64,000 nt of DNA from positions 3,045 through 67,044 of the forward strand of contig CAVRPQ010000009.1 in assembly GCA_963723125.1 (NCBI GenBank), given 5' to 3'. The first letter of the stretch is position 1, and the number at the start of each line of letters is the position of its first letter. Below are positions 18,448 to 26,200 of this stretch, one piece after another. The stretch is from an uncultured bacterium. GTDB lineage: Bacteria; Verrucomicrobiota; Verrucomicrobiia; Limisphaerales; UBA11358. The notes below the pieces were generated by a model. It searched no databases. It was given only the letters and a program-made list of their open reading frames with translations, and was not told the DNA's origin. A program made the translations under genes and the position numbers.

Positions 18448-18972
18448 TCAAGGACCAACCTCAAATGGAATGGACTCAACTCGCAATTCCAACCAGTCTT
18501 CGCGGCTCGGCCCAACCGGCCAAACGATGTTTGAGACCGTCAGGGAATAATTGCCCGGTACCAATTGAAAATACAGTCCAAGATCTATAGTTGTTTCCAC
18601 CGAACGGCCCGGGTGCAACATGCCGTGTGGTTGAGGGGCGCTTGCCGCCAACACAGCGGTGGTGCGAGACCCTGGACTCATAAAGACATCTGACGCTTTC
18701 TTGGATCTGGGGACATCCTTGCCTTCAGCACTTTTTACCTGAATTGAGGTGGACCGTTCCCACCAGTCGAGCGCAATTGCCTTCGAACGGTCGTTCTCGA
18801 TCTTCAGATGCACGGGTATCGGTCGGGCAGGAGCGTTTTGCCCCGGCAAGGAAACTTTGAAAGTTACATTTTCAAGGGTACGTTCTTTTACGACCGCGTG
18901 TTGCGTCGTGACACAACCAAAAAGCCCTCCGCTCAAAACGAGCACGAGGCAGAGGAGGAATTTTGGCTTCAT
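18448..18972 (-). CDS. putative lipoprotein (174 aa), near-duplicate of 21035..21559
   Basis: Cassette signal with LFGC. I count about 19 differences in 174 aa against the other copy by manual alignment. Confidence 0.75.
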   Translation of the reverse strand: MKPKFLLCLVLVLSGGLFGCVTTQHAVVKERTLENVTFKVSLPGQNAPARPIPVHLKIENDRSKAIALDWWERSTSIQVKSAEGKDVPRSKKASDVFMSPGSRTTAVLAASAPQPHGMLHPGRSVETTIDLGLYFQLVPGNYSLTVSNIVWPVGPSREDWLELRVESIPFEVGP

Positions 18973-18990
18973 GGTTTTGCACTGTCAGAA

Positions 18991-21024
18991 TTATTGCCAT
19001 CCATTCGCCCCAGCTATTATATCCTTTTGATTGAGTTCCGTGAATTCGTCTGCAGTCACATAATAGAGTTTGTCGCTCAATTGGACGAAATGGTCGTGAA
19101 TCTTACCGGAATAGCAGTGTGGGAATTGCCCCTGCCAATGGGCGACCAGTTTGCCATCCTGAACGTCCACTGCGTAGAACGTCCGAACCCAGGCGTGCCC
19201 GCTTTGGAGTAGCGACTCGTTCGCATTATGCCACGTATCGGGAGGATATGCCTCAGCCACGGAAAAGATGATGAGCTGGGGCATCAGCGCAATTCCCAAA
19301 AATTCGCCATCGCCGGGACCAGGAATCTCCCAAAGCTTTTTCCCTGCGTTCCAGTCAATCAGTTCGTACGGGCCGGATTGGAATCCGAGTCTGGTCGAGA
19401 ACAGGGCCTGGCAGGTCTCTGGAATCCACCCAAGGAACTCAGGATTGGGGCTGATTTCCAGAGAATGATGCAAACCGGCGGCGGTGAACCAAAAGAAGGT
19501 GTTTTGATTTGTGCCGGTGTTGGGACGCAGCAGTACACCCGCGCCCTTGGGGGCGACAATGGGAGACCAAACACCCGGCCCGCAGTCGGCCTGAAACCGA
19601 ATCTGGCCGTTTGTGTTCAGCGCAACGATTTGCGCATGGACCAGCTCCCGAGACGAGAGTTTTTCGCGCAAGGCATCGCCGCTTACCGGCACGTTGCTTT
19701 GCATATTGGTTTTGGTGATCAAGAAAGCCGCGCTGCCATCGTCATTCAATGCCACATCGCTGACGGAATATTGCCAAAATGGGCCAATGGTGTTGACCTG
19801 CTTGCCATGAGCGTAAAAGTCCACCGCGATCTGGCCTAACTTGGGATGACGTTCGTGAACGAGAACACGGCTGTCAGCGGTTGAGGTAATGTAGCCGGCA
19901 AGTCCCATGTCACTCGGTCCGCGCGGCAAGGTGATTTGCCAGTCCTCGTTGATTCCCTGAATCATTTGCGTCCGACCCGAGATGTCAACAAACCCCGGCT
20001 GAATGTCGCTGACCGCAGTCTCGTGTTCAATATTCCCGTCTTTGGCAAACCAAGTCATCGTGGTCTTCCCGAATTCGGTAGTTGCTTGGACATACGGAGC
20101 AACCCAATAGGTATCAATTTGTCCTCCACTTGCGCCCGGCAAATCGGATGGCCACTCCGATGGGGGTGGACCCTTGACATGGACAATAGGCTGTTCGGCT
20201 TCGACTTCTCCATTGGTGTTTACCCTGAATCTCCACTCGCCAATTGCCTGCAAGGTGAACTCGACGGAATACGCCGAACCCAGGTTCGTCACGGACACGG
20301 ATCGTTGGCCAAACATTCCGGATCCCGAATGTCCCCCCTCCTGGCCCACCGCTGGCCAGCCCCACCACCAATTCCCGGTGTCCCGGATCTTTTCAGGCAG
20401 TTCGTTCCAAGCAAGGCTTTCCGCCCAAGAGACATTATTCACCGGTGCGTCCACAAAGCGGATACTTTGCAGCAGGGCCATCACCTTCTGGCGGTTTTCT
20501 TTCGTTGCCGGTTCCTTCATGCAGGCCTGGATGGACCATCGTTGTCCTCGCTTGAAAAAACTGAGGCTGTAACTTAATTGCCCTTTTGAAGAAAAGGCCC
20601 TCAACTGATTCGTCGCCAGAAAGGAACGCAAATCCTCTCCTACATTATCGACCCTCATTTTCACTCCCATAGGACCGCCCGCATAGCCAATTGAAATATA
20701 CACCTCATCAGGTTGGAGTTGCGTGATGTGATTATTGCATATCCATGTCCCCTCCCATCCCTCGAATGCCAGGCCAGGCCGCTGATTGTTAATCGTCAGA
20801 AAGACGTAGTCATAATGGCTTACCGGAAAACTTGTTTCCCTTGCCACCCAGCCCTGCGGAAGGATCAATTGAAACCCATATTGCGCATTATGATAAATAT
20901 CCCCGACCAGTTGCGCTGATGGACTGGACGTAATCGTGCTTGCCTCCGCTCTAGCAAGGTTGCAGCAGCAAAAGAAACCGGGGCTCAAAACGAGCGCGAG
21001 ACCGAGGAGAAGTTTGGAGTTCAT
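18991..21024 (-). CDS. large exported protein of unknown function (~677 aa)
   Basis: Cassette-type signal MNSKLLLGLALVLSPG after the ATG at 21024. The upstream 26 codons in the ORF track are read-through of the duplicated junction. Confidence 0.7.
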   Translation of the reverse strand: MNSKLLLGLALVLSPGFFCCCNLARAEASTITSSPSAQLVGDIYHNAQYGFQLILPQGWVARETSFPVSHYDYVFLTINNQRPGLAFEGWEGTWICNNHITQLQPDEVYISIGYAGGPMGVKMRVDNVGEDLRSFLATNQLRAFSSKGQLSYSLSFFKRGQRWSIQACMKEPATKENRQKVMALLQSIRFVDAPVNNVSWAESLAWNELPEKIRDTGNWWWGWPAVGQEGGHSGSGMFGQRSVSVTNLGSAYSVEFTLQAIGEWRFRVNTNGEVEAEQPIVHVKGPPPSEWPSDLPGASGGQIDTYWVAPYVQATTEFGKTTMTWFAKDGNIEHETAVSDIQPGFVDISGRTQMIQGINEDWQITLPRGPSDMGLAGYITSTADSRVLVHERHPKLGQIAVDFYAHGKQVNTIGPFWQYSVSDVALNDDGSAAFLITKTNMQSNVPVSGDALREKLSSRELVHAQIVALNTNGQIRFQADCGPGVWSPIVAPKGAGVLLRPNTGTNQNTFFWFTAAGLHHSLEISPNPEFLGWIPETCQALFSTRLGFQSGPYELIDWNAGKKLWEIPGPGDGEFLGIALMPQLIIFSVAEAYPPDTWHNANESLLQSGHAWVRTFYAVDVQDGKLVAHWQGQFPHCYSGKIHDHFVQLSDKLYYVTADEFTELNQKDIIAGANGWQ

Positions 21025-21034
21025 GGTTTGATAA

Positions 21035-21559
21035 TCAAGGACCGACCTCAAATGGAATGGACTCAACTCGCAATTCCAACCAGTCTTCGCGACTCGGCCC
21101 AACCAGCCAAACGATGGTTGAGACCGTCAGGGAATAATTGCCCGGTACCAATTGAAAATGCTGTCCAAGATCTATAGTTGTTTCGCACGAACGGCCCGGG
21201 TGCAGCACGCCGCGTGGTTGAGGGGCGCTTGCCGCCAACACAGCGGTGGGGCGAGACTCTGGACTTATAAAGACATCTGACGCTTTCTTGGACCTGGGCA
21301 CATCCTTGCCTTCAGCACTTTTTACCAGAATTGAGGTGGACCGTTCCCACCAGTCGAGCGCAATTTCCTTCGAACGGTCGTTCTCGATCTTCAGATGCAC
21401 GGGTATCGGTCGGGCAGGAGTGTTTTGCCCCGGCAAGGAAACTTTGAAAGTTACATTTTCAAGGGTGCGTTCTTTTACGACCGCGTGCAGCGTCGTGACA
21501 CAACCCAAAAGCGCTCCGCTCAAACCGAGCGCGAGGCAAAGGAGGAGTTTGGGTTTCAT
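21035..21559 (-). CDS. putative lipoprotein (174 aa), near-duplicate of 18448..18972
   Basis: See 18448..18972. Confidence 0.75.
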   Translation of the reverse strand: MKPKLLLCLALGLSGALLGCVTTLHAVVKERTLENVTFKVSLPGQNTPARPIPVHLKIENDRSKEIALDWWERSTSILVKSAEGKDVPRSKKASDVFISPESRPTAVLAASAPQPRGVLHPGRSCETTIDLGQHFQLVPGNYSLTVSTIVWLVGPSREDWLELRVESIPFEVGP

Positions 21560-21562
21560 AAA

Positions 21563-22495
21563 TCAAAGATGTATATCCGGGTCTGAATCTACAATTTCGC
21601 CTTTGGTGTTATAGAACGCTCCATCTTTCCCAACGTAGAGCCATGAGAAGTTGCTACCCCAATCCTCCGGGGCTAAAGTTAGGATTCCATTGCCAAAGGC
21701 AACCTTGATAATGCTTCCGGTCGCCAACTGAAGTTTGCCCAACTCGGAAAGTTTTTCGTCGAAGTGAATCGTGATGACTTCGCCGGGCTTTTCATAATGA
21801 ATCCATCCAAGCGCCGTCGGCAAAGGTTTTATGAGTTTGACGGTGATTGACCGCAATATACCAGATGTCTTATGAATGCGAATGACCTTGCCTTCAATCC
21901 CGAAGATGTGTGAAGTGATTTTACCATTCGTTCCGTTTCCATTCGTTCCGTTTTCTTTTAGTCCATATCCACTAAACGATTCAACTCCTTCTTGTTGCTC
22001 AATCGTTCGATAATAGAAACCGTCTTCAATGTAGGCAAAGCGCAGCGTTTTGGTGTCGAGAACAAAATCAGTCCAAGCAATACGTCCCCAAGGCACTTCC
22101 ACAAACAGCATTTTGTCATTCAGCCAAGTGTGACGAACCGAGTAGCAGGCATGGTCAAGCAATTCCACGCAAACACACCGATTTGTGTCGACAGAATTAA
22201 AAATGTAAAGCCGCGTATTCCATGGTGCGTCACGCGTCCAGTCCGGCCATACTTCAAGCAGCAATGGCGGATCAATTCCCCCTTTGTCTTCTGGTGACAA
22301 TCCGTGCCCCTCCAAAGCCAATTTAGCCAATTGCTCGCCCGTCAGAGAAATTCGTTCGATTTTGATTTTCTGCAAACTTTCGGAAGAAGGTTTGGAATAT
22401 GTGACGGCTTCCTGCCGGGTCGGTTCGATTGTTGAACAGCCGAACAACCCGCCGCATAAAACAAGCGCGAAGCAGGGGAGGAGTTTGGGGTTCAT
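21563..22495 (-). CDS. putative lipoprotein, paralog of 14500..15396
   Basis: Signal MNPKLLPCFALVLCGGLFGCS with full-length collinearity to 14500..15396. Confidence 0.7.
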   Translation of the reverse strand: MNPKLLPCFALVLCGGLFGCSTIEPTRQEAVTYSKPSSESLQKIKIERISLTGEQLAKLALEGHGLSPEDKGGIDPPLLLEVWPDWTRDAPWNTRLYIFNSVDTNRCVCVELLDHACYSVRHTWLNDKMLFVEVPWGRIAWTDFVLDTKTLRFAYIEDGFYYRTIEQQEGVESFSGYGLKENGTNGNGTNGKITSHIFGIEGKVIRIHKTSGILRSITVKLIKPLPTALGWIHYEKPGEVITIHFDEKLSELGKLQLATGSIIKVAFGNGILTLAPEDWGSNFSWLYVGKDGAFYNTKGEIVDSDPDIHL

Positions 22496-22513
22496 TTGTC
22501 GGGCGGGAGAATC

Positions 22514-22822
22514 CTAATCATAAAATCCCGAGAATATAGTCGAATGAACAAAAAGCAAACACGTGAGTATCAAGCTTGCGAGTGGTAGCCAGAACAGCCG
22601 CCACTGTTTGAATTTGATGGTTTCGAGAAGAACTGTCAGCCCAAAGATGCCGCTGACCAGAAAGGTAACAAGCGGGAGCAGCCCAATATTCCGGCCACCC
22701 ACCGGCCTGTGCAAAAGCAGCTGACCGGTGCTGGCCTCACTGCACAAAATATACGCGGTAAGCGGCAGGGCCAAACTCGCCCAAGATGACCACTTGAGAA
22801 AATTGATTTTTGATGGGTTCAT
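22514..22822 (-). CDS. small membrane protein (102 aa)
   Basis: Three hydrophobic spans. The N-terminus MNPSKINFLKWSS is similar at nucleotide level to the start of 10389..11207. Confidence 0.55.
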   Translation of the reverse strand: MNPSKINFLKWSSWASLALPLTAYILCSEASTGQLLLHRPVGGRNIGLLPLVTFLVSGIFGLTVLLETIKFKQWRLFWLPLASLILTCLLFVHSTIFSGFYD

Positions 22823-22908
22823 GACGCCTGGATAATAGCCGCATTATAATTGAGGCCAAGTAAACCGCTCAAAACGGGCGGGAGACAGAGGAGGAGTTTG
22901 AGGTTCAT
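22819..22908 (-). other. orphan cassette mini-ORF (29 codons) translationally coupled to 22514..22822
   Basis: MNLKLLLCLPPVLSG... with the cassette consensus. Its TGA overlaps the downstream ATG as ATGA. Confidence 0.55.
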
Positions 22909-22926
22909 GGTGATTTTCCATACAAT

Positions 22927-23188
22927 CTATTCGTGGCCGCTGTGTTGGCGCAACAACTCTGCCACCTAATTGTACCACTTCTCCGAGCGCGGACTGTAAC
23001 TTCGACCCTTCGTCATTTCCAAAGGCGTTCTGCCCTGATTGTCCTTTGCATTCACGTCTGCTCCATTGGCCAGGAGCAGTGTCGTCACATCCACGGAACC
23101 GTTCATCGCTGCTGAATGCAAAGGCGTCTCGCCAGCATTGTCCTTAACATTAACATCCGCTCCCTTCGCCAACAGCAACCTTATCATA
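22927..23188 (-). pseudogene. 3' fragment of an ankyrin-repeat gene (paralog of 17253..18437) with an internal stop
   Basis: ...[82 protein letters not shown]. Homology to the intact paralog, including its 3' flank ttccatacaat.tattcgtggcc, stops abruptly near 23188. Confidence 0.8.
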
Positions 23189-23202
23189 GGCATCACGCAT
23201 GG

Positions 23203-26200
23203 TCACTTCGGAACGGGGGTCAGAAAATCATCTCTTAGCTTGTAAGCGACTGACGAACCTACAGCTACCAGAACGTCCAGCAGAATCATCGCACTTTGGC
23301 GAAGTTTGGGCTCGATACGTATCCGGCGATTGCCGCCGTATATGAGGCGAGTTAAGATGGATTCGAGATAGAACACGGCTGTCTCTGAAAACAGCGCAAC
23401 TGCTTCTGTCGGGGGCACTTTCGCGGCGATGCTAAGGAGCGCGTCTGGCAGCGCTGGAGAACCAATTGTCGCGAGGAAGTAAGCATAAGTCTCGAAACCT
23501 TGTTGGCTTGCCGGAAGGCGGTCAAATAGCATCCGTATGCGTTGCTCTTCACCATGGAGCGGCTTCCAGTCGCGTGCCTCCCCCCAATTATCGCCAAGGA
23601 AAAGCTCCCGCATGATTTTGGCGGAATCTGAATGTTTATCGTCCACCGAAGTCGGCAACGAACTTGCGGAGAAATCATCCGCAAACCTTTGCCAAAGTGA
23701 CCAAAGTGTAGAGGCCGGAATTCGATCGCCTTGACGGATCACGAGCCATTTTACGAACTCAGCCGCCTTTTCTGGAAAGCGGGTGGCAATGGTGAGGATC
23801 GGTTCAGAAATGGCAATAGCCTCCTGCGCGGGCAGTTGAAGGACGAATTGAGTCAGAGAGTCCACGCAGAGATGTTCCACTCCAGAGTCCAAAATTTTGT
23901 CATCGTTTGAATTCCCGGCACGTGACCGTTGTCGCTCATTATCTGCCTCCCATCTCGCGGCGAGCATTGTGGCATCGCGCCTGAAGAACTCGCGAGCGAG
24001 CGCGTCAGCAGTTTGTTCTCCGAGAATCGTAAAAAGGTGTGCCGCAATCTGTCGCCCTGGCCAATTTGTTAAGTCAAGTTGAAGAATTGCCGCATCGTCG
24101 CCAGATTGACGCTTTTCCACGAATCCGCGCAAACGCGTTTGTAGGTTCGCAGCGAATTGGTCTTCGGCTGGCCTATCTCCAAACGGTTGCCGACGTCGCT
24201 CACTCCAAAACTGATGCTGTTCAGTCGCTTTCAAAATAAGCGCATGGATGCACGTCAGGGCTAACGACCGGTCAGTCTTCCACAAATAGATTCCAATGCC
24301 CTGAATTACATATTTCACAACCTCATCCACGGAATGAGTCACGGCTTTTGCGAGAGCTGGTAATAATCGAAGACTGATGGGCGGCTGTAACTGCTTTTCA
24401 AACAATACTGGTAAGATAAAAGCCGCAGGGCGGGCTGCATTCATAGGGTTCATCGCTGCTATCTTGAATTGATCAGTGCTGTTTGCGTCCGCTTCAACCG
24501 AATCGCAAATCAACAGTATGCACCATTTCTGTTCGGTGTCGCTCAACTCGGCCCAATGGTCGCGGATGCACACAGCGGCAATGTAGGCTGGCCCAGCGGC
24601 GGCGATTGAAGCGTGAACTTCGTCAGTGAATCCACTAGCAGACACCAGTTGTGTTTGTGCCGCAGCAAGCTTTGCCTTCCACTGCTTAGGGTCAATGCTA
24701 TGCTGGCTCTTGCCCGTAAAGACCGACTGTCCCCAGACGACCAAGTTCATTGCCGTCTCCCAAGCATCTCTCTGCGGTTTCTTCGCATCAATCATCTCTT
24801 GGAGTTCAGGCGGCGGTGTTGAGGCTTGGATAAGCACCTGCCCATCTTCAGTTTTGCCTGCTACGACAAAGTTTCGTGTATCCATTTGGTGAAGCCTGAA
24901 CCGCCATACCTTCGCGCCTTCATCCTGCTCGCTTTCTTTAGGAAGTTCCGCTTTGTAGGCGTCAATCAGTTCCCAGACACGTTCACGAACTGGAAACGTT
25001 TGCAACATTACGGCTAGGTATTCGAGATTTTGCTGGCGATGCGGCAGTTGCGCAGATTCAGCACGCTCCTCATCATACAGTTTCTTCTCGATGCCAAGCC
25101 ACATACCCGAATTTAGCCGGGGATTCATGGATTCACTTACCGACCGATTCAAATCAGACTCGAAGAAATATTTGCAGGTTAGAACCGTAAATGCCGCGTC
25201 GCCCGCTTGGTCTGGATAGGCTGTCGCTACGCTCGCAACAACCGCCGTTACTGCGATATTGTTGCTTTGATGTAAAAGGCGATTCAAAATGTCTGACAAA
25301 TCAGATTCTCTACGCTTTGCTTTTTCCAACAACCATCGTTCCAGAGCCATGAGGGCACTCTTCAGAATATCAGGGCCTTGGGTGAAATCTCGATACAGTT
25401 CCCATAGACGGCCATCTCCATACTGCTTTTGTGTTGTGCCGTCTGGAAAGCGAATAGAAACGCGTGTAGGACCATGCATTCCACGTCTCCGATTGGACGG
25501 ATGTGCGTATGCTTCACACGCTCGGTTAACAAATTTCAAAATAAAATCGAGACCACGTTGAGGGTGGTGTAAAAGGAATTTGAAAAAAGTCCCGTGATAT
25601 GCGCTCGCTGGGTAATCATCCGACGACAGCCTGAAACCGAGTCCGAAAGCGTCATTCATTGCGTTCATTTCATATCCCGACCCAGATGAGAGAGCTTGCT
25701 CCAAGGGAAGATGCAATCCCAGCGAGTATTCGGCAACACTGACAGCCAAGTCAGGCATGTCGCGGCAGAGGGCATCCGCGTAAAAGTGATTAAACATGAC
25801 CTCAAGCAATTCTCTATAATCGTGATAGCGCTCCTTGTCCTTCATCGCGGTCATCGCCATCTGCGATAATTCTGGTTCAGCAGCCAGTGGCATACTGAGC
25901 AGAATTTTGAATAATCGCTCGCGACCGTCGCGAACAGGACAACGCCAAGACTCAACTTTTGGTAACCAATACAACGCCAACTTTGCAATGGACTTCGCAC
26001 CTTTTGGGTAATGCACGCCCCACCGTGTCAATTGCACCCAGTCTTCCAAGAAACGAAGAACGAACGGGAAATCTGTTTCACCAAATAGTGTCCGAGATGT
26101 CTCCATCAACTCTGCCGCGCCGTTCCAACCATTTCCACGCGGCAAAAAGACATCACCGGTTCCTTCAATTCCGAACAGTCGCCGGGGAATCGCTGCTTTG

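Noticed and set aside
18438-18515. 26-codon N-terminal extensions MGR(A/V)AKTGWNCELSPFHLR... on the ORFs 17253-18515 and 18991-21102
   Set aside because: They are alternative-frame read-through of the 3' end of the duplicated 174-aa lipoprotein gene. The cassette ATGs at 18437 and 21024 give canonical signal peptides.
2506-22908. Inversion-type shufflon or phase-variation switch using the repeated cassettes (as in mycoplasma vsa/vsp loci)
   Set aside because: Every cassette copy I found is in the same (minus) orientation. No invertase lies within the array, and the nearest recombinase is 6.7 kb away and possibly inactive. Direct repeats favour deletion and duplication, not inversion. No reverse transcriptase or template/variable repeat pair was seen, so a DGR is also rejected.
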